Origin: Paraglomus brasilianum
Lineage: Eukaryota
Assembly: GCA_910592345.1 (NCBI GenBank)
Contig: CAJVPI010000301.1
Coordinates: 1-36,196, forward strand
DNA: 36,196 bases
Direction: 5' to 3'
Position 1 is the stretch's first letter, and each line of letters begins with the position of its first letter. This document shows positions 1 to 11,029 of this stretch, in pieces. Below the pieces are notes generated by a model that saw only the letters and a list, made by a program, of their open reading frames with translations, was not told the DNA's origin and searched no databases. Both the position numbers and the translations under genes were made by a program.

Positions 1-75
1 TCCGAGGTGTACAAGTGCCGGAATTGTGGAACTGTAATGGATCGAGATGAAAATGGCGCTCGGGGAATCTTTCTC
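1..75 (+). pseudogene. C-terminal fragment of a Fanzor2/TnpB-family RNA-guided nuclease (second zinc-ribbon CxxC pair + RuvC-III), cut by the window edge
   Basis: Frame 1 reads SEVYKCRNCGTVMDRDENGARGIFL, matching the TnpB/Fanzor C-terminal pattern [FY]xCxxCGxxxDRDxN[AG]AxN/GI. nt 1-19 are identical to 12490-12508 of the Fanzor remnant downstream. Confidence 0.8.
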
Positions 76-938
76 CCGAGGATCATGCAGGAAATAATAG
101 TGATGCCTACTATAGATATGTTACAATCCATCCGGAGTCTTAACAATTTTATGAAGACACGAGGAACTGTTTCTTGTAATCCACTTCATGTGTAATTACA
201 ATTATTTCGTGCGTAATCGTTTGGCTGCTCCCCAACATCACGTTTTCCCAAAGTTTCGCTTGATGAATCGTCACTCTGTTAGCCCTAATAAATTCATCTT
301 ATGTGCAGCTTTTCTTTAGTTGGTCGAAGTATAGTGAAACAATACTTGTGAATTATCGCATTTATTGGACGACGCGTTCATACAACATCCGGTCCCCAAA
401 GTATTTGTTCACAGAATCTTACTGAATTTTCGTTCCTATTTCTTGTAGACATTGACAAGGAAGTCAGATATAAGTGGTAAGCTCAATATCCTCTTTATTC
501 GGGTAAGTAATAGTCTCAGTTTCTATCATAATAAGCTCGTAGTAAAATATGCGATAACCGTACAGGCTATTGTTTGTACAGCAAACGAAATCCATTTTCT
601 TAACCACTTTTTGAATGATATTTATGTAGACAATGAATTGTTTCAATGCTCCAACCATAAACGAGTTAATCATCAGGCGGGACACAAAAGAAAATTCGAA
701 GGCAATTGGGCCATATCTAACTACAAATTCACTGTTATGCAACATCGTATTGGTCATTCAAAGAAGATATTAAAACTATCTATACCATATTGACAAAATT
801 GATTTAGCTTCGTGAAATATAACTTTTCATTGGTTTTCATTCCTGAACCTTTTGTCGTGTTTACCTAAAGCAATTCACGTGACCGACTTATTTGCACCTT
901 CCACAACGACTGCAAATCAATTACATCGTCAGTATGCT

Positions 939-2162
939 TCATTTCTTTAATTCTTTACTCTCTTCCTTAACTTCTTTACTTTCTTCCTTTTTATCATCTT
1001 CAACCTGTCCGACAATTTCTCCTTTCAGATTCTCAATCTTGTTATTAATCAGATTATGCAAAGCAATGACTGCTCGAATGAGAGAACTCAGATATATAAC
1101 CAATAACTGATCATTAGTCTTTACAGAGAAAGACTTCACAGTTTCATTTACATTGAGATTAGGTAATAAGTTGAATATATCTTGAAGATTGTAAATAATC
1201 TGATGATTGACCGGAAGTTTGCCGTCGACTACTTTCTGGAGATAGTGTCTAATCTCTTCTAGGCGAGATTGGAGTCCCTTGACTGAGTTCAGCTGATCAG
1301 TTACTCGAGTGGAGAGTGTACCAACTGCATTGTCCTTGATGTCACGAAGCAAATGCTCAACGCCTATTTCTTCTGCTTCTTCTGCTTCAATTTGAGATGG
1401 GACGTGCATAAAAGTTTTCGTTGTCGCTGTACCATCCTAGATAAAAAAGTATTATTATGAATCGCAGAGGTAGCATAATATACCAAGTAACAGATTGCGC
1501 ATGCTTACATCTTTAATTTCCTCTATAGCAAAATACGCGTCTGTTGGGATGCCAATGTCCTTTGGTTTTACATCAACAATCACAAGAACGGGGTTCGGTG
1601 TATATTTCTTGAAAAGTTCATTGATTTCCAAATCAGATGCACGAAGTTTAGGGCCACTATGATACCAACCAATCATTTTCTCTCGTGCTTTTAGAACAAG
1701 TAATGAAGCATATCATAGGATCAGATCGAAAGATGAGATTGAATGTAGATGCAGTAATCAAAGTCTTATTAGTAACATTTACCTTACCATTCACTTTCTT
1801 GAACATATCATTCATCGATTCAACGTAATCATGATCCAAAAACCAAACAGATGGATCGTTTTCGTCTTCCTCAAATGGCACTAATCAAGCAGAAACGTCA
1901 ACACAAAAGTGAACAATCTTTAACGTCCTAATCAATTCGACTATTCCATTTAATTTCCAACTCGTTAACATGATCTTTCATACTCACCAGCAAAACTATT
2001 GGCCACATTCACGGTCTTGCCATTATTCTGTCCGAGCAAGACGCCAACGACTCGGTTTGTCGTCTTTTCTGCAACTCTATTATAATGGTCAACTACTGAC
2101 AATAACACCAAAGGGTGAACAATTACTACAGTGTTTTGGGAAATTGGCGTAGCCGTTGGCAT
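939..2162 (-). CDS. RPN8: 26S proteasome regulatory lid subunit Rpn8/PSMD7 (MPN domain); exons 1988-2162, 1788-1880, 1509-1687, 939-1436
   Basis: Motifs [90 protein letters not shown]. Three GT-AG introns keep the frame. Confidence 0.97.
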
Positions 2163-2312
2163 TTCAGTGGTGTAATCGAGAAGAAAGTGTTAAAAGATGT
2201 AATAAAATTTCACAAGGGGGTTACGTAAACACTTGCTTTACACAATTTTGAAAAATTGCCATATCTGACGTTATCATTCATTTAATCCTAAAAAATTCCC
2301 TTTTATTCAGGA
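2163..2312. promoter_or_regulatory. Putative bidirectional promoter (150 bp) between divergent RPN8 and the synaptojanin-like gene
   Basis: The two start codons face outward only 150 bp apart across an AT-rich spacer. Inferred from geometry only. Confidence 0.5.
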
Positions 2313-5300
2313 ATGGAGTCCACATTATACATAAGGGATCACCCTGGTAGAAGCGTTGCCTTGCATTCAAACCATATAACTAATTTGGTCAGAAAGCAGT
2401 TTTTAGTGTTTGAGAAGGGAAGAGGACTTGATTCGAACAGACCACAATGTAATGTAAAGTTGTTGAATGGAAGGGAATTTAACAAACTGAACTATAGGAG
2501 AGCGATTGCTAAATCAGTATATGGATGTCTGGGACTGCTGCAAGTCGAAGATGGTAAGTAGTGGTTGCATATACGTCGAACGACTGGATTATGATAAGTT
2601 TGGTGAGATCAAGAGAGAATTAATGACTTTTTTCCTTTCCGCCTGATAGACATGTTTATTGAAGTGGTGACTGATTGCGAGCCTGTAGGCTATGTTAGTC
2701 CGGGAGAATCAGTCCATCGCATTCTGGACGTGGAATTCTATTCACTTACGAATGATTTTTGGGATAATAAGCCTAAATCATACACAGATGAGAATGGATT
2801 TCATGTAACCCATCCATGTGCCTCTTTGAAAAAGCTTCTGTCGAATGGTCGCTTTTACTTTTCGTCGGATTTTGATTTAACACGCACTCTACAAGCGAGG
2901 TCAGTCTTATTTTGGTGTGCCAGATAAATGACTTAGACATCATCTTATAACACCTCGGCATTTATGTAGGAGAGGAGAGGCATATATTGACAAATATCTA
3001 TTTGATGAACATTTTTTATGGAATAAGTTTATGATTAATGAACTATTGGGATTTAGAGTAAAGCTGGAAGAAAGGGACAAAGGAGAGATGGATAATTGTG
3101 GATTTTTGGTAATTACTTGGGATTTGCGTGAGTTATCCTGACACAGATATGAACTGACGCGTTGTTTTAATATAGGTATTGACTATACAAGGATATGTTG
3201 GTATACTGTCGCCCAGAACACATGATGAACATGTGTCAATAGCTCTAATATCAAAGTTAAGCTGTAAGCGCGCTGGTAAATACTAATTTGAGGCGCAGTT
3301 TTTATAACGTAATTGTGCTAACGACAGGATCTGCTAGGAACTAGGTTCATTACGCGAGGAATAGATGATGATGGGAATGTTGCTAATTTCGTAGAAGTAT
3401 GTCGAATTTTGGTATTAAACAACTTCCTGTACTGATTAACATTGTGACTAGCTAACTTGCCAAATGAATAGACGGAAACCATAATGCATGTAGCCAAATG
3501 GTCTCTATCATACACTCAAGTACGTGGGAGCATTCCGATATTTTGGGAGCAACAGGTAATTGAAATTGATCAAATTGAACATTAATTAGCGCCGTATTAC
3601 TTTATTAATGAGTAACAAAAGTCTTATTATCCGTCAATGCACATGTATTAAGGGCCTCCAATTCACCACGCATAAACTCCAAGTCACGCGTAGTCCTGCT
3701 GCAACACATCCAGCTTTCCAGCGTCATTTCAGTGAACTTTGTCATCGTTACGGAAATGTTCACTGTATAAACCTAGTCTCTCAGAAAGGAAGTGAGGAGA
3801 TTTTAAGCAGAAAATACAACAATCAAATAGCTGAATTGAGGCAAACCGAGGGCCGGATTAATTTTAGTAATTTTGACTTCCATGCCATGTGTAAAAATGG
3901 AAGCTATGAGAACATAGAGATTCTGATTAATATGATACGAGACGATTTGGAGGATATGGGTTACTTTCTGTGGGATGGGGAGGGTAGGATACCTACGCTG
4001 ATGCAAAGTGGAGCATTTCGTACTAACTGTATTGACTGGTAAGGTTAATTAAGCAATGTCATCTGTTTAACTATATGGAAGAGTTGCTGTTAACACTTTT
4101 TAATTTACTGTAAATAGCTTGGACAGGTTTGTTATATATGTTTGTGAATGTAATTAACGATTAATGTGCTGAGTTTATTTTAAAAATTTTTTATAGAACC
4201 AACGTTATACAGTGTGAAGTTTCAAAAAGAGTAATACAAAATTATCTTGCCCAAATTTCATACGTCAGCAATTACGAGCTGCAATTCCTCTTTGATCGAC
4301 ATTCGTTTCTCTGGGCTGAGAACGGTGACAGTCTTTCCAAGATATATGCTGGCACTGGGGCGCTAAAGACTGATTATACGCGCAGTGGGAAGCTTACTCT
4401 TACCAGTACGTTTTTAGTCACGGAAGAATATCCATTGTCTAAATATACCAGACTAATAAAAGTTGGCCTTAGGTCTTGTTAATGACGCTACAAAGAGTGT
4501 GAATAGGTTTTATATTAATAACTTCGCCGATAAGTCGAAACAAGAAGTCATTGATCTTTTGCTAGTACGTATAAATTCAATCAGTCGTTGATGTCTTATG
4601 TTCTACTTGTAAAGACTAACAAATAATTATAGGGTAAGGCTAAGTATCAAAAGCCTATCATTATTCATGATCCAATACAGGAACTCGTGATTGAGCAAAT
4701 ACAAAAGAGGTGCTTTTCCATGTCATGCTATCTTTTACAATCTACAAATGTCATCTGATGAATACTAACATTGTTGTGTTGACAGATTACATGATTTCTC
4801 TACAACATCTGTAATAAATGTGATTGTCAGCACATATAATCTGAACGGCAAGCTACCTTCACGAGAGCCTCTTGATAATTGGCTATTCGCATTTGGTGGT
4901 GGTTAGTGGATGCATTGAAGAAAAAAATTCCCCCATCGTCTTTTTGGTAACACATAATTGTATTAGCGCCAAATTTATACGTTATTGGATTCCAAGAAAT
5001 TGTCGAACTAGGGCCCCAACAGGTAGATAGAGCATTGATGTCCAACTGGCTCATCATCAGAATTCAGCTAATACCAATGTCTTTGTTTTCTGATGCTAGA
5101 TAGTATCAGCTGACCCCGAGAAACTGTAGGTTCATGCTACTAATGCGGAAATCTCTTCTTACCATTAAAATTTACCTATCTCTTTCCTGTGTTAGCGTCG
5201 AATGGGAAAAGGCGATAAGCAACACGTTAGATAGACATCCAAGTAGACATAAATATATTTTGCTACGATCTAGTCAACTAGTTGGCACAGCTTTAATCAT

Positions 5301-7124
5301 ATATGCAAGAGCTGACATAGTTCCTGCAATAAGGAATATTGAAGGAGCCATCAAGAAGGTAAATGGATCAAATATAATGAAGAATGATAGCGACACTTCT
5401 GATATAACTTCTTACATCCTTAAATAATACAGACAGGCTTGGGAGGAATGGCTGGAAACAAAGGGGCTGTTGCTATAAGGATGGATTATTATGATACTAA
5501 TCTGTGCTTTGTTACTGCCCACTTTTTTGCTGGTATGAACTGCGTCCATGTTGCTGTTTTATTATTTTCTATTCGGGTTTTAGGTTAGATATGAAATCGT
5601 TATCTTTATTCGTAGGACATTCCAATGTCGCCGAACGCAACAGGGATTTCAACACTATTAATAGTGGATTAACTTTTAAAAAAGGTCGTCTTGCTGAACT
5701 CAGGTATAAAGAATTTATGCGACTTAATTGTCTTCGTCGACTTGGATTCTTATACAGCATACTTTGTTTGCAAGGAACGTGATATGGTTTGGCGATCTTA
5801 ATTATAGAATCGACCTGCCTAACGATGAGGTCAGTTAATAAAAAACTGGTGTGTTATGTAAGGATAAACGATCATAGCGCAAGTTGATTGTTCGATAGGT
5901 TCGAAGTCTTGCAGCCATGGGCAACCTCGACGCGTTATTGAGATCAGATCAGGTAACGTTCACGTTCTTCATGCGTTAACGGAGAAAATTTAATGGCTCA
6001 TAAATGCAATAGTTGTAATAAACCCTTGACTGTTGAGAAAGAACGTCGTTTTAATACCATTTGCTTTTACTCGCCTCGCTAATTACCATATTTTCAATAA
6101 AGCTTAACGCGCAGCGCAAAATGGGTATCGTTTTTGAAGGTTGTCATGAGGAAGATATAACGTTTCTGCCTACTTACAAGTATGATAACGGAACCCAGAC
6201 TTATGATACTAGGTATGCTAATTCTCAGTTCGTTATTGTTCTTTGATATTTTAATTAAGCCGACATTATTTGAAGCGAGAAGCAAAGAATACCAGCATGG
6301 ACGGATCGTATTTTGTACCGTGGCGCCAAGGTAAGACGTTGTTTGGTATGAAAACATTGCCAACGTCTATTACATTCTACGATTCTAGATTTCTCAAAAT
6401 AGTTACGCGAGAACCGAGTTACTTCTCTCAGATCATAGGCCTGGTTAGTATGTCAAATAAGCAAAATGCTTGTTTATTCTATTTTTATACAAAAGCTAAT
6501 ACCTTAATTACGTTTAAAGTAATGGGCTCATTTGACGTTGAGGTAAGTAGTTTCTTCACTTGGTTATCATGATGTAATTTTTTTTAACTTCTTTTAAATC
6601 TGATACAGATCGTCAAGTACGATGAAGTGGCTAAGGAAAACATAATGCAAGAACTATATTCAGAAATGAAATATTCTTCCGGGTCTGTTCCGTCTGCTGG
6701 GCCGGCTGCGCCAAAACAGATCCTAGCTTCTCTTCCAGCTTATAATAATAACGGACACAATGATGAGCTGATAATAGATTGTGACGAATCTACAGCCGTA
6801 TTAAATGATTGTAGGTACTAAAACGTGAAATTTCTTTTTAGCAAATTTAATAACTTAAACGTATGGAATTCAATTTAGTGCCACCTCCAAGTTCAGATAC
6901 TTATCAATGGTGGAACGAATCTGCGTCATCTAGTTCACGTAAGTTAACTCGCAGATTAATACATGCAGTGGTTTCATTATACAAACTAACACAAATTGTT
7001 TGCAGTTGTTATTGATAAATCCAGACTTCCACCAAGAACATCAGAATCGACCAACCCATTTTACGAGTCAAGTCCAAAGGAGAAGAATCCTTTTGATGAT
7101 GACACCTTACTCATAGACATATGA
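2313..7124 (+). CDS. Synaptojanin-like polyphosphoinositide phosphatase (Sac1 domain + inositol 5-phosphatase domain), Inp52/Inp53-like, >20 exons
   Basis: Sac1 motifs [74 protein letters not shown]. 5-phosphatase motifs [41 protein letters not shown]. The tail has NPF motifs and stops at TGA 7122-7124. Confidence 0.93.
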
Positions 7125-7310
7125 ATGATGACAGTCGGTTATACACACATAGTAAATAGAATGGACCAGACATTGACTTGTTCATAGACAATAACCCTAT
7201 TTGTATTTATTTATCTTTAACTTAGTTATCGTTTTTTTGTGTTCACCAAATCTTGTATTGTTAATTAATAAATTATCACGCTTTGTGTCGCCGCATTATT
7301 TCTATAGAGA

Positions 7311-8418
7311 ATGCGAAGGTTGTCGTCTCGCCGATGTGAACAAACATTGAACCGGTTCATACAAAAACTTCTTCCTATATGCAACGATGACACAAATCAA
7401 GCACAGCAAGAATTGAAATGGCTCAAGCAGCACGTAATGAAAAGAACTCGAAATTTAACGATAAGGCCTGGAAGAGTCACGCCTCTGAGCGCAAAGGAAG
7501 GAAACATGCTGCGTCAACTGGTTTCCGACCGAGTTGATCACTCGAAGCCTTTGCAATACATATTGGGTACATACAATACAAACAAATCCATCTTTTCTTT
7601 AGTTTCTAACTGACGTTGTTGTTCCTTCTTTATCAGGTACACAACCGTTTTGTAACTTAGAAATTATCACAAGACCCCCCGTGTTAATTCCACGGTAAAT
7701 ACTTCTATAGAAATTAGTAATATATCTATCATACTGGTCACATCAATAGCTAAATGCTCAACTCTCCAGCTGGGAAACTGAAGAATGGACTACGCGTGTG
7801 ACATCTCTCCTTTACTCTCGTCTCCACAACCTAGCAAAGCCAATTCATATTCTTGACGTTTGTACTGGTAGTGGATGTATCGCTTTGTCACTCGCTCATA
7901 ATATGCCAGCAAATACTTGTTTCGTTCGGGGCATTGACATATCCTCGCAAGCTCTCACCCTCGCTAATTTAAATCTCCAGACTTTTCGGTCTAATAATCT
8001 TATAAAGAACGATATCACCTTTTCCAAAGTTGATATAATGAATGACAACGAGATTGCAGGTTTTGTTCAAAACGATCAACCAGCATTTGACTTGATCCTA
8101 TCAAATCCACCATATATATCTCGAGAACAATACGAAAAGTTGGGTGATGAAGTAAAACTATGGGAAGACGAGATAGCATTGATAGCTGATGACAATGGAA
8201 CTGCTTTTCATTCTCGAATTATCAATCTTGCGGCAAATGGCTTACTGAAAAGACTAAACGGGTGCAGTGTAGTGCCGCGATTGGTGATGGAATTTGGAGC
8301 GGACCAGCAGGGAGCGACTATAATGAGGGAGATGGAAAGAAGCAAATTCACTTCGATAGAAGTGTGGAAAGATGGTGTTGGGAGAGATCGTTGTGTGGTC
8401 GGCAGTATCAGTCAATAA
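7311..8418 (+). CDS. HemK/PrmC family release-factor glutamine N5-methyltransferase (Mtq1/HEMK1-like, probably mitochondrial); exons 7311-7566, 7637-7694, 7770-8418
   Basis: PLQYILGTQPF, RPPVLIPRWETEEW, SAM-binding ILDVCTGSGCIALSL, NPPY motif, C-terminal KDxxGRDR. The N-terminus is basic and Arg-rich. Confidence 0.92.
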
Positions 8419-8510
8419 CGCGAATATTTGAAGAAGCATAATTTACAGTAGGATGCAAAAGTATCCCATCACTTCTAATTCGGGACACGAATGAGTAAAC
8501 GCTTTGAAAA

Positions 8511-10322
8511 CAAGTGAAACTCGATAGGGGGCAGAGCCAACTTATCCAGATTTTTGCTTTACCAAATTTCGCACTAAGCCGAATTTATATATATATTTGC
8601 ACAAATTTTCGACTTACAATTCAACAGCATAAACTTTGGTAAAACGAAAGAATACTTGTTTGCTGTAACGTATTGTCTCAATTATTCTCTTTAATTTTCT
8701 TAAGTTAGATAAGAAAGTAATATCAACGTCGAGTTCGTTGTCACAATCTTGACTAACATATAAAAGCAAAGAATTGCTCGAGAGCTGATTTATGAGAAAT
8801 AGATTCGGCTATTGGAAAGTCCTCCGATAATTATCCTATTGTTGCGATAATCGACTCAGTTGTCGGCATATCATGTACAGAGACGGAATCTTCCAAATTA
8901 ACAAATTCTGCCACTTCCATTCTAGCGTCTTGAGGATCAATAGGAAATTGATTAACAAGTTCAATTAACTCTGTATTCGTTGATAAATTAACACCTTCAG
9001 TTTCGACGACTGATACTATTAGGTAGGATACCCGTTTTTTGCCAAGCGTGTGTTATTGTCTCGGTGGTTACTTGGTCCCATGCGATTCCAATAAATTCGA
9101 TAGCTTCACGAATATCGGTTTGAGGAATGGCCGAAAGAGACCGGTTTTGAGCAATAGCATTATCATACTTTTGAATTTTATCAATACAATAAAGTTTTCT
9201 ATATTGGCTTTTGAAACTACAAGTAATGCCGGCGTCACAGGGCTGAAGATGTGCCGTACAATTAGGAGGTAAAAAAGCCAGTGATTGAAAATTGAAGTTT
9301 GCATCCATGTTGTCGAATTCCGATAATAATGAACTGCCAGAGTGTCTTTGTCAATTCCATAGAGCTTACGGTAAACATTAGCGTAACATTAGCGTAACGC
9401 GATCTTTTGCCTTCTTCCATCCTATTACAGGGCCGTGCGCTAGCGTTTTAACAGGATCCAGACGATAAAAAAGTGCAGTTTCATCACAATTGAAAATGTT
9501 TTCAACTGGATATGATTGAATAAGTTGTTGCAGTTCGTTACGAAAACGTGGCAAATCTTCCAGAGGCGCAGAATTACCTTTACCTTGACGAGCAAATTGG
9601 CTTAAGTTGTGACGTTTTTTGAAATTTGTAACCCACCCAGGAGAAGCTTTGAAGTCATTAACGCTCATCCTGTCTGCAAATTCTTGTGCTTTAACTTTCA
9701 ATATTTCACCAGTAAGAACTTGTTCATGATGTATAGCATGTTCAATCCACAAAGCGAGTGCTGACTCAATGGTAGGAAACCCCACAGTTCTACGGCGCTT
9801 AGAATTAGCAAGCGGTGAGTTTTTATCTAAGGATAACCAAATTTCTTTTTCCGCAAGAATATCATGAACAGTGTTGGGTTTTATACCAAACTCGATTGCT
9901 AGTTTCCAATGTAAAATTAGGATGGTCTTGTGCTCTAATACAAAGAGCTTTTTTTTTCGAGGCCAGTCAGTGCTTTACGTTTTATTTTTTTCTCTGGTGT
10001 TTTATTTTTTTGAATTGTTTATTATGGACACAATATTTGAAGGACCACTTGTTGAACTTTCTCCATGATCGTTCATTCTGAAGGGTTAAGTTATTTGTAA
10101 CAAGTACCTACGTGTTTAAACGAAAAGATTTTTCTACCTGACGTGACAACTTCGGTATATCGAGATAAAATTATTATTGTCGCTTGTTCGAAAACTTTTC
10201 AGCTTATCTTTCAACGTAAATTACTTTCGACTTACGCTATAATAAAAATTTGGTAAACCAGAAAAACTTCGGCTTAATGCAATTTCGGCTTAGCGTGGTT
10301 TCGTCTTAACGAGTTTCACTTG
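8511..10322 (-). mobile_element. Tigger/pogo (CENP-B HTH + DDE_1) DNA transposon, defective
   Basis: 13-bp TIR CAAGTGAAACTCG (8511-8523) / CGAGTTTCACTTG (10310-10322) followed by TA. Subterminal TTCGGCTTA / TAAGCCGAA repeats are present. It encloses the transposase pseudogene. Confidence 0.85.
8700..10076 (-). pseudogene. Tigger/pogo-family transposase pseudogene (frameshifts, internal deletion); 3' end approximate
   Basis: HTH segment KRKALTGLEKK...LAIEFGIKPNTVHDIL; CENP-B FPTIESALALW...FKASPGWVTNFKKRH; D1 motif IFNCDETALFY; KAKDRVTL; WMQTSIFNHW; D3 motif FLPPNCTAHLQPCDAGI; AWDQVTTETITHAWQKTGI. Confidence 0.92.
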
Positions 10323-11029
10323 TATATAGTGTATAAAATTTCGGCTTGATGGATGCCTCCAGCAAAATTTACAAACATCCAATGCTTGCCTCTAAAACAT
10401 ATGAAAAACATATAAAAACATATAAAAACCCTACATCGCTTATTTCAACATATACTTCAAAAATCCATATCTCCACATGTTTCTAATTGATTCGCGTGAT
10501 CTTTTTATTTCTTTAGATGTACGTGAATAATTTTTATAAGTATCATTATGCCGCACAATTGTAGTAACGATCATACAGTAATTATATGAATGCAATTTGA
10601 TGGTGCAGAGTAACAAAATACACAAAATTTGGTTAGAGAAGTGTTATGAGTTTCTGAGCTCTTGTGGCTGAACCCCGAAATATAACTTTGGTGTTTAGAA
10701 ATTTGCTGGAGGCATCCGATCAAGCTGAAAATTTACAAGTGATCAGGGTTTATTATACACTATATACAGGGAAATTTTCAAAGCGTTTACTCATTCGTGT
10801 CCCGAATTAGAAGTGGTGGGATACTTTTGCATCCTACTGTACATATGGTAATAGTAAAGCTTGGCAACTGAATTAGATATAATACCGTAATTGCAAATTT
10901 GTAATGACGTATATACACGTATAGTGTCTATGCATGGAATTGCAAGTGTCTACCCATGAATTAACGATATGTGACCGCGTAAACATATTTAAAGACATTA
11001 TCCCCCAAACTCTTTTATCCAAACCGTAA

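Larger units (their letters stand above)
8446..10839. mobile_element. Non-autonomous Tc1/mariner-pogo-type MITE (~0.6 kb of own sequence) with long inverted arms and TA target-site duplication, interrupted by a Tigger insertion
   Basis: 8446-8510 (CAGTAGGATGCAAAAGTATCCCATCAC...GCTTTGAAAA) is the near-perfect reverse complement of ~10775-10839, and both ends are flanked by TA. The arm similarity continues at 10323-10370 versus ~10700-10766 (TATATAGTGTATAA; GATGCCTCCAGCAAA). Confidence 0.88.

Noticed and set aside
464..757. 97-aa minus-strand ORF
   Set aside because: No recognisable motif; it overlaps an equally unsupported plus-strand frame.
2250..2265. Rpn4/PACE-like element (TGGCAA core) upstream of RPN8
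   Set aside because: Only a partial match to GGTGGCAAA, and too short to support.
10394..10428. Short AAAACATAT tandem repeats and the TTCGGCTTA repeats as a CRISPR-like array
   Set aside because: Units are ~9-10 bp without unique regular spacers. They are transposon-internal repeats in a eukaryotic context.
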